A DNA stretch of 63,815 bases, counting the filler, from Phoronis australis (lineage: Eukaryota; Animalia; Phoronida): assembly GCA_002633005.1 (NCBI GenBank). It is 10 parts of 10 records of this genome, joined end to end, with 100 filler letters (N's around TTAATTAATTAA, not from the genome) between each part and the next. Parts side by side here need not be neighbours in the genome. Positions count along the whole stretch, not along the records: positions 6,232 to 17,899 come from NMRA01000898.1; positions 18,000 to 21,840 come from NMRA01002811.1; positions 21,941 to 23,223 come from NMRA01001974.1; positions 23,324 to 25,879 come from NMRA01001875.1; 6 more parts are not named here. One strand, given 5' to 3'. Positions 12,716 through 25,157 of the stretch are shown in pieces; within the stretch, counting starts at the first letter, position 1; the number at the start of each line of letters is the position of its first letter. The notes under the pieces were generated by a model. The model ran no database searches, was not told where the DNA came from, and saw nothing but the letters and a program-made list of their open reading frames with translations. Both the position numbers and the translations under genes were made by a program.

Positions 12716-15700
12716 ATCTGAAAATCACTTGAAACAGAGAAAAGGCTTGCAGTGGCCTCTAAAAGATGCTGGGTTAAAAGACTTAAAAATCTCCAGAACA
12801 CGGAAGTACGAGGTTTTGTCTACAATATATTCTTAAAAAAGCTATGGTGGTGAAGTGATATGGCCTCGTAATTTTCAAGAAAGAGAACTGTTTAGAACTG
12901 TTACAGATGATTTTTATAGAAAAGTGTTGTATGCAAAGTGAACAGTTGAATCAGAATGTTTTAAAGATGTGTAATTGGTGAACAGATTAAATGGCATAAT
13001 TAAGATATACCACAAAATAGTGATGATGGTGGTGGTGGTAGTGGTAGTGGTTGTGGTGATGTGATGAAGATTTAGCATTTCGTAACTTTCAGCCCTGTTT
13101 GTGTTTGTCACATCTTATTCCTCATTTTTAAAAAGAAAGTTTGAAAGTTCCTTTGAATGAGCATTATTTGGGCTTATGTTTGAATTGAACTGACAGTTTT
13201 AAATGTGACGATTTATTACTCGAAAAGAGATAACAAAGATGAAAACAAGGGTAAATTTTCATTGAACTTGTAGCATCTCCTGAAAATAGTTAAATAACAA
13301 CAATATTTGATATTGTAGTTTTCAAGGAATCGGCGCCTGAGTTGCAAACGATAAAATATTTAGCAAATGAAAACTGAGACAGAACTGTCATGTAGTTAAC
13401 AGTCCTGTTCCAGATGTTACGATTGAGACCTGATTGTATGTTGAGCGTTATTTACACTTCTATAATTGTATTACTTTAAACTATTTTCCGAAAGTTTGGT
13501 GATCGAACAGGCTAACGGCGTCGAGTCGACATTGACCAACCTTTTCAACTTTTCATGTCAGAGGTCACTGTTGAAGTAGTGCGGGAGGTGAATACGGAAA
13601 ACTTTATTAGGCCTACATGGCCGTATTTATCTCGACAGATTCAACGCGTATGGGATAAATATGTATATGTGTATGTATATATATATGTGAGCATGTCACA
13701 ATTTGGTGACTGGAACTGTCCTTGCATATTGTTTTTGTTTTGCTATGTTCCTTCGATATGCAAAGTACTTTTGTATACAAACTATGGGTACATATAGGCA
13801 GGGTCATAGACATCTTAATGTGATGTCTATGGGCCTGTAGTCCAGAGCTGAAATATTTTGTGTGTGCAAACTGAACCGACACGGAACGTAGGTCTCTCAT
13901 AAACAACTTCGTGTGGTCCAAAAAGACAGCACAGGGTTCAAGTGGAACGCCGAAGCGAACTGTAGCCAGCTCATGCCCACTGAAGTTCACGCAAATTGTA
14001 GCCGTGGAGTGTCTGTTGAAGAACAGGACTGTAGAGATGGTTTGAATTTCTAAGAGAGTTTTATAGTCAGTTTTGTTTGTTTAATTTCTGTGTGACACTG
14101 CTCGAATCCAAATACATATCTCTAATAGATACTAGTACTTTTGAACAAACTAGATACTAAAATTATAAGACAAACCTGACAGGGCATACGCACCCATTTT
14201 ATCTAAAACCCGGCCCCTTATTTCCTCATATTCGGATCGGTCTGCTCCTTCCTTTGAGCAGGGCTTCATTACTCTTATTCCCAGTCATCATGTTTGTCTA
14301 TTTTATCACGTGCAATGAGTTTGATCGGCTCAGGCTGATGATTGTCACGTTGGGCACATTCTCTGTTTATTGCTTTTTATTGCTCAGTTTACCTGAGATT
14401 TTTTAATTTAATTTTTACATATTATATTTTATTTTCACCCCTATTCTTTGTATTTAAAATAATTAATCTTATGTCACCAACTTCTTGCTGTACCGTTCCG
14501 ATTTCAGTCACTGGAAGTCAACAGGGCTCCTCGACGTAGAGACACCCTGATATTCTGACAGTTTGATGGAGATGTGAGGCGGATTTTTTCAGTTATTCTG
14601 TGGAAGTAGCCTTTCCATACCATGAAACTCACAGCCAGACATTGGAGAATTTCTGACGAAAGCAATAAGCTGGGTTGCTCTCTGTGGACGGCTAGCCAAT
14701 AAAGCAAGTAACCAACAAACTCCATCCGGTCCATGTTTATTGACTTGTGCGGGCCTGTATTTCGAAGCAGTTATGTGTGCACTTGCGACAAGAGCCTAGC
14801 TCGATCTGAACTGATCGCGGTTTCAAGTTCTCATGAAGCGGGATCGGAGAAGAAACATGCTTCTGGATTAAAGCTGATTGGACCAAATTAAACCGTGGTT
14901 CAGGTTACACCTTGAGCTGGAATGTACCTGGATCAGCTGGGCTGAGTTGAACTTATATCTGCCAGAAAAAAATATTTACCAGTAGCACTTTTGAGCTTGA
15001 CCACTCCGAGATTAACTAAGGCCCCTTCTGCTGCTTTACTTATTTCTTTGTTCTTCCCTCCGTCTTTCAAGCGTTTTAACGCTGAAACATATAACGAACT
15101 TGTATAATTATGACACAGGTGAATGGTATGTATAACTGACCACCCCGCGGCGACAATTAGTCTTCCACCGCTCCCCCTCCCACGCTGTCACCAATTTCAC
15201 CCTACCCGAGCCTCAGTACCCCTTACTACGACACTGGAATCTGGCAATCTGAAGCGATTATGTTATGTATGACGCATATATGACATCAGCTTAACAGTTT
15301 GACCGAGTCAACTCTGGTCGCATCTGAACGACGGCAAACGCACCTAAAGATTTGACGTTGAACCTCGAGACATCTCAAAACTTATTCACAAAAGTTATTT
15401 CGAAAAACCTTATTTTCATTCTCGAAGCACTTCAAATACGAAAGATATACCGAGTAGCGAGAAAAAAGATTTCGCAGAACCACCTTGGAAACGCACAACC
15501 GCGTGGAAATTTGTTTACTTCTTGTCCGAGGTCAAATCATTACCTAGGGCTGTCACTAAAATCGAATCTCACACCATGCACACTCCACAGTAGCTTCTAT
15601 GTAACCTCAGTTCTTTCATTCACCGAGTCACCATAATATTGAGTCAACGAGATACACATATGATAGAAAAGTGTCGAGGAAAACAAAAACAAAACGTAGT

Positions 15701-17536
15701 TTTGATCCTGAGGGAGTTGTGCGCCTGCATGCGTACGACCGTTGAGAACGAATACTGACTCCGAGTCGTCTCACACCTCTGTGACTGTGTTCATGAACAC
15801 AGCAAGTTGTGAAAAGAGATAAATAGTTACCCAAATTCCTTAATTTGATAAGTAATTTAACATTTCGCTGTTTTGATCTCATGCTCACGACGTGCTTCAA
15901 CTACCGACTCGATTCCTGCCATTTCTTACTTGTTTTCGTGTCTGTCTCACGGCGAGTGATGTGAAAACAAAGAATTGTTGACCTACTTTTATGTAGGTCA
16001 ACAGTTGATCCCGTCTCTTTGACTAGAGACGGAAAAATAATGATTTAACGATAACTAAGTCAATTACACACAGCAAATTCAGTTGATACTGCGAGTGAAT
16101 GTTGAAAATTAATAGCGAACATGGTTAAGGCATGTATAGGTTATATTGACCGAAAAGAAGTTTTCATCGAATAATTAACCGAAGACCTTGAGATTTTCAT
16201 CTGTTCCAACTTAATCGCCTTCGACAAATCGACTTAATTTGAACTTAGGAACAAAAGTTATAGTAAACAGCTCAGGGGATTTCGCTGCAACTTTCCAAAC
16301 TTAATATTTATTCATTAATCTCAAAAACGCTGTTAAGATTTTCGATATACAGGCCTAGTTTTTGTGCAATGTAACAAAGACGAATAGGGCCTACCACTGC
16401 TGTTTTATACAAAAATACCTTAAGTTTAGCAAGTTGATGTGTCACAGAAACCAAACTAAGAGACTAATCGGAAATTCCTAACAGACGTTTTGAGATAACT
16501 GGCGAAGTTTTCATTTAAAAAGGTTTCATTAAAATCGGCCAAAGTGTGATTTTACTATGAATGTACCTTTTTATAAATGAATTTTTGACTTAAAAAAGGT
16601 GTTGAGTTCCCACCATGACCGTGTCTCAAAAATAATTTTAATAATACAGCTTAAGAGATTTAATAGCTTTTAGTATACCTGTTGCTAAGAAACCAGCCAA
16701 AATTTTTAAAAATATATTTTCTGTTATCGACGTTGTACGTAATGGATGGAAAACCGTCTCCGCCTTTGTTGTTTTTAATAGTGCGATACTGAGGAGTTGT
16801 GAGGAAAGAGCGGGGAGAGCCGCCTTTTTCAGACATGAAAAGGTGCGTTTCGAGTGTGGAATGTCGTGCGGAACATGCGATTCAGTCGGGAGCCACACGT
16901 TGTTCGGCACATTTCAAGGAACCGTGTTTCCACCAAACACAAAAGCGGTGTTACGATGAAGGACTCGCCAACTTGTAAGTGTATTTGCAAATTTCATAAA
17001 TAACGAACAAGCTGCCTGCATTCTAGGACGAGTAATGCCAGGCCCTCGACCGCAGCCCAAATCGTGTGCTTCGACACGTAGGCTTATGCATTGTGCTCAT
17101 ACCATGGCAATAGCGAAAACGATTGACCCAGGTTTACTGTGGCCTTTGTCAGTGATTATTGAATGCCTATTTTGTGAATATTGACCATTTCTTGGTTCAG
17201 TTATTTGTGGTCACAATGTCTGTCTCATGCAAGTGTGTCGTATGGCCTCAAAACTGACGAAAGTTTGCTAAGTGGAAAATCGAATTCATTGTCTGATTCT
17301 TCAAGTTCTTGAGGAGTGTGATGCTCGCATACACTCTGCTCTCTGTCTGCATAATAATTGTCCAGTTCTCACTCAACATCGTCCTCGTCTTCTGATCTGT
17401 TGTGTTCTGCCATTGCAATTGACCGCTGTCATCCACCCATTACATCATTTGTCGGGAAACATGGAAATAACTATATTAGCAAACTGAAACCTCAATAATT
17501 AAGAAAATGCATGGTGGGAAGTGAATCTCTTTAATG

Positions 17537-17899
17537 TAATAATAATAATAATAGTAGTAGTAGCAGTAGTAGCAGTAGTAGCAGTAGTAGCAGTAGTAGC
17601 AGTAGTAGCAGTAGTAGCAGTAGTAGCAGTAGTAGCAGTAGTAGCAGTAGTAGCAGTAGTAGCAGTAGTAGCAGTAGTAGCAGTAGTAGCAGTAGTAGCA
17701 GTAGTAGCAGTAGTAGCAGTAGTAGCAGTAGTAGCAGTAGTAGCAGTAGTAGCAGTAGTAGCAGTAGTAGCAGTAGTAGCAGTAGTAGCAGTAGTAGCAG
17801 TAGTAGCAGTAGTAGCAGTAGTAGCAGTAGTAGCAGTAGTAGCAGTAGTAGCAGTAGTAGCAGTAGTAGCAGTAGTAGCAGTAGTAGCAGTAGTAGCAG
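17537..17899. repeat. Compound microsatellite (AAT)n followed by (GCAGTAGTA)n, running into a gap
   Basis: Perfect 9-bp unit repeated for about 340 bp. Confidence 0.97.
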
Positions 17900-19033
17900 N
17901 NNNNNNNNNNNNNNNNNNNNNNNNNNNNNNNNNNNNNNNNNNNTTAATTAATTAANNNNNNNNNNNNNNNNNNNNNNNNNNNNNNNNNNNNNNNNNNNNA
18001 TATTTTCGGACATGGTTCCTAGAATCAGACCCACATTTCTAAAGCGAGGCCAACGCGTTTTCCTACCTCCAAGACTAAACAGATTTCTATCTGGGACCGT
18101 TCTAATGGAGTAGTACCCGGGGCAGCAAGCCCGTATTATTTCCATGTGAACAATCCTTATCTCTAAAGCTGCTTTTCATTTCTCACGCACCATTCACTGC
18201 TTGCACGAATTCGCTTGAAAACGAGGTGTTGTGTCCAAACTAAAAATGGTTCTGCATGTTTGGAACACGCGAGCTGTCACGATTGTGTTGTTAAAATTGA
18301 TGCTAATACGAGGCATTGTGTCGTTAACAAAAATGCACAACAGTCATTTTTGCATCGACACCAAAACGCGAGTAAGTTTATTGCGACCCTTCAGCCCACA
18401 GACATGAAAAATCAATAAAAACCCAGGTGGTGATGTCCCTCAGAAGCACGCCATTTTTTATATTTGAAATCAAGCAGCTGATGTCCACTTTTTATGTAAC
18501 TCGAATGACTCGGACCGTAGAATTGTGTAACAAGTTGAATCATACTATTTACCAGGTACATTTTAGGAAATTTGCTCAGGGTCGCCTTGCCCTTAGAGCC
18601 TGAGATACGAAGGCCAATTCAGCGACATTAGTTTTTCAACGTATACTCCTTCACCAGGAACGTTAATGCCCTACCGGCATGTGGTGTATTAAAAATTAAC
18701 CCTGTCACGATTTTAAGCGTGCTTAAATGATAGCCTTTAATTATGACAATTAAACGCAGGAAATTGGGTCGGTTACGCCCCTTTGGTTACCTTACACCTA
18801 CGCTTGTGTTTTGTAGTTCTTGAACACGCAGTGCGCATATGCTAAGTTACAATTCAAAGCTGCACCACAGTGCATGTATACATATGTTTTTCCTCATTCT
18901 GACGGAAAAAAACGTGCATTTTATCAACCTGAACGAATTCCTTTTGTTTGTATAGCTAACAGAGGTTTTTTGTATTATGCGCTCTAGCTGCAGATACATG
19001 TTTCTATGTGAGCGAAACACAGTTGAAAGTAGA

Positions 19034-19321
19034 GGTCTGTTTCCTGGAAAGTGACGTAAGACTTAAGTCAGGGATTTGATATTACGCTCCACACCACTAT
19101 TTCGAACATTAATAAAATTTCATTTGAGCAAAAGTATAAAGATTCTGAGAATAGACAAATAACTACTAGTTATTGAGATCATTTTTGTAAATTATGTTTA
19201 AGACTGTGATGCACTCAAAATTTCTTGGCTCATTGCCAACCTTTATTCAGCAATAGCGATGTGGGAGCGTAGGATCAAGTTTTTGTCTCAAGACATAAGT
19301 CGTCTTTCATGAAACAGAACC
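19034..19321. mobile_element. Old MITE with ~65-bp degenerate TIRs
   Basis: Left end GGTCTGTTTCCTGGAAAG...TACGCTCCACACCACTATT versus reverse complement of right end GGTTCTGTTTCATGAAAG...TACGCTCCCACATCGCTATT. Confidence 0.65.
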
Positions 19322-19739
19322 ATGATTTCATGTCAAATATCATTAAATCGTAAATCACATTAATTAATGTTAACAGGAAAATAGATAGGTCAAGTGTGTT
19401 GACACAGTTTGAGGAATTAAAATGTCATTAAAATAATGTGCTTGCATCCTAGATCACTTGTACAACTGTTTGTTTCCAAGCAATTATCCGAAGCAAAAGT
19501 TTCTGTTAGAAAGCGCGATGCGTAAATCGTTCTGCTTATATCTACCATAAACCATTCTTCGTTGGAGTAACTAATTCAGTCTTCTTTGGAGTAACTAAGT
19601 TTTGGTTTAGCCCCTTTCTTTTCAACTAGTCTTGGCTCTTACTCCTTACTCGTGTTTAAGGGGATTCTTGAGAGGAAGAACCAGTTGAGAACATGTTTAC
19701 ATTGGTACGCGGTCTGTCAAAAATTTGTTTTTGATAAAA

Positions 19740-19996
19740 CATGCGCGCACACAGGGAGAGGGGGGGCTCGGGGGACTCGAACGATCCCCCATTTTTGGTG
19801 AAGTGGGCAAAAAGGTCTGCCTCAGAGAAACAAAAATGTAGAAATCGAGACAAAAAAATCCACTAAAAAGGTAGGAACTACCAAAGTTCGAGGAATGCAC
19901 GATTCATAGCTCTGAACGTACCCCCTGAATCTTATAGTAAAAGGTCCCCATTCTCAAAAATTCGTGCCCCCATTTTTCAGGCTGGGTGCGCGCATG
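19740..19996 (-). mobile_element. MITE of the CATGCGCGCAC-TIR family (5-bp TSD), copy 1
   Basis: TIRs CATGCGCGCACACAG / CTGGGTGCGCGCATG. Flanks TAAAA / TAAAT (4 of 5 match). Internal sequence is shared in reverse with copies 2 and 3. Confidence 0.85.
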
Positions 19997-21629
19997 TAAA
20001 TGGCGGGTTAGCAACTGTAGAGTGCTTGAAATTTCAGTTGAAGTTAAACCAAGCGAAAAGGAATACAAGTCATTCCCTCTCTACCTGATAGCTTAATTTT
20101 CTTCCTTTTTCCTTTAGACCGTCCTCCATTGACATAAACGGCAAATACGGAAACCACGTGCTCTCCCTCAGAAGATAGGTTTTCTATTACCAGCGACGTG
20201 TTCGATGTTTCTATTGGATAACTCCATGCTCTGCTTTGGACGGCTTTGTGTATAATTTCGTAAAACGAAATGTTACCTTCGAATAACCTCGGTTTCTGAA
20301 AAAGATCAAATATTTAGATTTTAAGCAGTTGGAGAGAAGCGGATATGAACATTGAATGTTGCCTTGTGCTCATGCTTGTATTTCATTCATTGAAATTCAG
20401 TGGTAAAAATGGTCTGGTTCATTTGCACTGAATTGGTAAAATGAAAGGAAATTCTTCCAGGCACAGCCCGATCGTGAAGCTAATATTATGCTATGCGCTA
20501 CAAAATTCTTATTTGATATATAAGCACAAACGGCAGTTAAAATGCACATTTTCTTTTGTTTTAAGTAGCTGCAGTATATAATAAATTTCTCTTGACTGTT
20601 CTCAAGTACACTACATTGTCGCCGATTAAACGACACAGACCAATATGAAAGCAGACGACAAACGTAGGACTCCGTAAAACCAAGTATTGTAATAAAACTA
20701 CTCGGATACTGTGAGCGACGACTGGAACACACTCGAAGTGAGTGGAATTAGTCATTCTTTCTGGTCATTAGTTCCAAAATTTGCATACAGTAACCTGCAG
20801 GCGGTACGCTTCGACATCACGACGAAAAGATCCATTAAATCGATTAAAAGTATAATTCCGAGTTATTGGTATGAGCGCATTAGCAGCATTAAAATGTTGT
20901 TTTGAGCTATATTCCACATTTTCCAAAGTAGTAGCGCCACATCATAATTGATCATTAGAAATTCGTGCTCAGAAATGTATCGTTACATCGAAGGATTTAC
21001 CTAAATACAGAAGGTCATAGCTTTCAAGTTATCGCGTTTCCAACAGTAAAATGCATTTTTAGGATTGATTTTTGGACGGGGTAGATTTCTTGAAGTTATT
21101 AACTTTGACTAAAACTCTAAAACAACAAAATCCATTGACAATGTGTTTTCGTAATTTAATTACAAATCGCCGGTCCTTGCCGTTGGCTGACAGACCGTGG
21201 CGGCACTCGCTGAAATCAAGGCCAGTGACACTTAAAATAGACTGCAATTTATCGAGTAGGACTTACATCCGCTACTAAATCGTAAGCCCTGTTTAGACGT
21301 TTTAAAATTGTGACACAGCGCAAACTGGCACGACGCAAGATCGGATCGGTGTCAAGAGGTCGTTTACACACACACGACGCTGAAACAGTGTCAAGGCGGA
21401 ATTAAATGCAGACAGGAATGTGTAGATTGCATGCTGAAGGTTACGTGTGGCGAGAGAAAATTATGCGAGTTTTTGCATATTAATATACTTAGCTATTCTC
21501 CCAGTCGCCACTGCAACTAAAGCGGCGCTGAGCGAGTGGATTTTCATTGCCTGGTCGCCCAGGTGGCGAGCGAATTTCCGGAGAGTTCGTCTGTGTGAAA
21601 AAATTGTCTTATTACTGTGTTTTTATTTG

Positions 21630-21735
21630 GACAGTAGTTTCAACTTTTGTAGTATTAAACGGCACTTTAGACTACAACCGCAGGGTTCCGGGTTCGATTC
21701 CAATCTGAGGCTGACCTAAAAATTTACTTTTTTCG
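21630..21735 (+). mobile_element. tRNA-like head, probably a SINE relic
   Basis: B box GGTTCGATTCC at 21691-21701 followed by a T-run. The A box and acceptor stem are poor. Confidence 0.4.
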
Positions 21736-23770
21736 ACGATAACGCCCCTTAAAAATGAAATATTTAACGCGAGGGCATCATTTAATTTATGTATTTGGTG
21801 ACAAAAGGCTTCTGCCATATTCCACAAATTATGCACATTGNNNNNNNNNNNNNNNNNNNNNNNNNNNNNNNNNNNNNNNNNNNNTTAATTAATTAANNNN
21901 NNNNNNNNNNNNNNNNNNNNNNNNNNNNNNNNNNNNNNNNCAAGGGTGTTACTGAGTACCTGGATTTAACGCGAAAGCGATTTCTGGCGGTGTGGTAATA
22001 TTATGTAAGAAAAAAATTCAAATGAGACATTCAAGTTCTGTGATTTATGCACTGTTCATCATTATATAACGTTTTGGAATTGTTTATAGAGATGTTGGAC
22101 TTTGGCGTGAGAGGTTTTCAGAAATCCAGAATTACATTTCATAATTTTTATGAAAAAACTCAAAAGTTGTAAACAACAAAAGGATATTTTGGGAAAGTGT
22201 AGTAGTTTTGTGGAGATTTCATCCGTCCGAAATATTTCTGTCAAATGAAATTTGGTCATGCCAGTGATACCATTGCTTTACCTTTCTTTTTTGTTTAATT
22301 AAAAAACATGGTCACCTGCCCCAGTTAATTACAGATTGGTATATAAGCTCAAAAATCATATTCTACAGATTTCCTTCTTTCTTGAAATGAATATTATAAT
22401 CAGTACTCTGGAAGTTCAGTACATTCCGAAAGGTATTTAGAGAAAATGACTCAGAATTCTTTGTCACAACGGCTCGGTGGAAGCAGTGATGTTCCTGACC
22501 AGGTTTGCACCTGTGCTCTTTGGGCACGCCTTGTGATAAAAAGTGTGCCTTCTTTTCAAAAAGTTGTGCCCTGGGCTGTCTTAGCGTAACTGAAGTGGTA
22601 GCATATTTGAAACAGAAACCCTAAGGACAATCGAAATAACAGCAGAATCATGTTTTACCCGACTGGCTGTAAGTTGACTAGAATCTTGCGTTGTACTTGG
22701 GACTTTTTATTTTTCTATGCCCTAATGGCTCAAAGGTGCAGTCCAGGAATATCCCTGTCAGACCACTTACTGTTATCAGGAAGAGATAACCAGGAAGGGA
22801 CAACTGTTTTAGCGCATTTTAACGTGATTTCAAACGTGATTTCAAAAGTAAATGTTCAAGTTATCTGGAAGCCAAGCATTATTTTTGAAAGATTAACTCT
22901 TTAGCTATAAAATGACACCACTTTGGTCCTCAAAGACTGCATATTACTGGCACTGGGATGCTTTGAACGTGACATGTTTACCCTTCCAAAAGATGCTTCT
23001 TCCCAGGCATGTACTCGGGCATGAGCCTCTTTTTTGAACCAACAGATGTCACTAACATATGCAAATGAGGCTCGCATCGCTACGTCATACGACGTCATAC
23101 GGCGCGAGCTTCCAATTTGAAACGTCAGGTGCCTATAGTGTATGACTTGAAACGCAGTAGTCTACTTGATCGGGTATATCCTAGTATGATTCCAAGAAAA
23201 CTAAGAACTCACCCAAGTCAATGNNNNNNNNNNNNNNNNNNNNNNNNNNNNNNNNNNNNNNNNNNNNTTAATTAATTAANNNNNNNNNNNNNNNNNNNNN
23301 NNNNNNNNNNNNNNNNNNNNNNNTAAGAAAGAGTGAAACATTTATATCTTGCAGATTATACATTGCAAATAAGTTTCTTGTTGGAATGATATGCAGTGTC
23401 TTTAGGTAATTCTTATTATGCATAACTTATCTGGAAAATGTATAGTGGAGTTTTTTAGTTTGTACTCAAAGATACTAAGCAGTTTTTGTTTTATTTCAGG
23501 GATTGTGGTCAAGGAGCACAGTAATGCTAATGCAAACTTTATAGTAAAAGAGGCACCTTGTTCCGAAACGCTGGAGACAGGGAGGGAGGGTGAAGACTTT
23601 GTGAAGCTGCCAGTCCACTAATAAGCCCGAGACAGTTTTGTTAAAAATAATTAGTTTCTTAGTGGTTATTTGTATAATTCATAATTTTTTGTAAGTATTT
23701 TACCTGAGCAGTTTCATAGTAATAAAAGTATTAAAGAACAAGAGTCTTTTCTTCTTGTAAGTCACAGCTA

Positions 23771-24047
23771 GTGTACTGGCTTAATAGGAGCCCATCAATG
23801 GCCCTGTACTGGGCCAACACAGTCTGTCAATACTGGCCCTTTACAGGGCCGAAACCGGTTATTGGTGTACTGGCCCAGTAATGGCGTTGTACTGGTCCTT
23901 TACTGGCTCGATACCGCAATCTTGTATCGGGGCCAATATGGGGAAGGTGTGCAGAATGTTATTGGGCCAGTACTGGCCTACATCATTGGGCCAATACAGA
24001 AGACATTTCAGGGCCAGTAGTGGCCCAGTACCTGCATGTTTACTGGG
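23771..24047. mobile_element. Right end of a non-autonomous DNA transposon with a subterminal TACTGGCCC/GGGCCAGTA array
   Basis: Many short motifs in both orientations, ending TGTTTACTGGG|TA. This terminus style is seen in animal EnSpm/CMC-like elements. No left end was found. Confidence 0.5.
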
Positions 24048-24902
24048 TACCAATTGAATAGGCCAGCGCACACGGTTGTGCACGGTACGCCGTGTCGAAT
24101 CCGTCTGAAAATTGATTGTTGGTGTCGCAACTAGATCGTCACTGAAACAACTTAGTCTTGTGTCAAGTTTCATTGGATGCGGTCATCATATGATCTTTAG
24201 CTCTGGATATCACCGGAGCGGCTCTATCCCAAAAAAACAACACCGACTAAGCCCAGGCCGTGTTGGAGCTGAGGGCGAGGAAAAAGAGCCGAAAGAACTG
24301 AGATCACTAATTTGCAACGCTCTGTATAGTATCTGACCAGAGCTGTTTGAGCGGGAAATCCGAACTATAAAAGAACCCAGCATGACAACATATGATGCAA
24401 AATATAGTGTACAGTGAAAACAGCTGCTAGAGCGGGCGGTGTTTAGGCTTGAAAATCAGTATAGTGTACAACCACCACAATATGGGATTGTTGTGCCAGT
24501 GAGTTTTATTTGGTGCCAGGCCGAGGCGGCAATTACCACTGACAATGGCCGCTTAGGGCGCGGAGTGTGCTACCAGAAGTCATGATGCAAGTTTAACGCT
24601 CTTTTATCAGTTCTACCCCGGCGGTGAGCTTTCCGAAGCCCAAAGTCGCCTGGAAACAGGTCTGTGCGTCAGCTCATTGGAATTGTACACGCACCTGACA
24701 CCAGTTAGCATCATACGGTCTCAAGTATAGCTAGATCAGTGCATTTCTCAAGAAAGACATTGCATCGGCATTGATGTCGTTTTCCACGATCAATACCCTA
24801 TTTTACAACTTCTACAATCATATTGCATGTCGCACTCAATGTGCGAATCGATGGAGTCCTGTCACCCCCCCGCATCTTCACCCGGCTACCGACGTCAATT
24901 CA

Positions 24903-25157
24903 CATGCGCGCACCCAGCCTTATTAATATGGTGGGGGGAGGGCTCGAATCTCTGACAAAATGGACCTTTTGCTAACAAAAAAGCGGGAGGACTAAAAAAG
25001 AACGGGGTATTACCTTCAGTCAGGTCTTTGAACTTTGCGTCTGCGCCTTTTTCAAGTTGGTGGACTTTTGTCGCGTTTTCTCACTGGCAGACTTTTTGTT
25101 AGTTTGAGGCGGACCCGGGGGAGACTCGTTCGCCCCCCGGCCCTGGGTGCGCACATG
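24903..25157 (+). mobile_element. MITE of the CATGCGCGCAC-TIR family (5-bp TSD), copy 2
   Basis: TIRs CATGCGCGCACCCAG / CTGGGTGCGCACATG. ATTCA at 24898-24902 and at 25158-25162. Confidence 0.9.

Noticed and set aside
13613-14030. 125-aa minus-strand ORF with a nearby acceptor-like site
   Set aside because: No recognisable motif, and it runs into (TA/TG)-rich low-complexity sequence.
17260-17415. Minus-strand acidic frame MAEHNRSEDEDDVE*ELDNYY...ESDNEFD
   Set aside because: In-frame stop and no diagnostic motif. It may be a transposase N-terminal relic but cannot be supported.
17521-17955. 144-aa poly(VVA) ORF
   Set aside because: It is the translation of a (GCAGTAGTA)n microsatellite running into a gap linker.
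24175-24300. GGATGCGGTCAT... resembling the start of a 5S rRNA
   Set aside because: Similarity is limited to ~12 nt; no internal control region or complementary 3' end was found.
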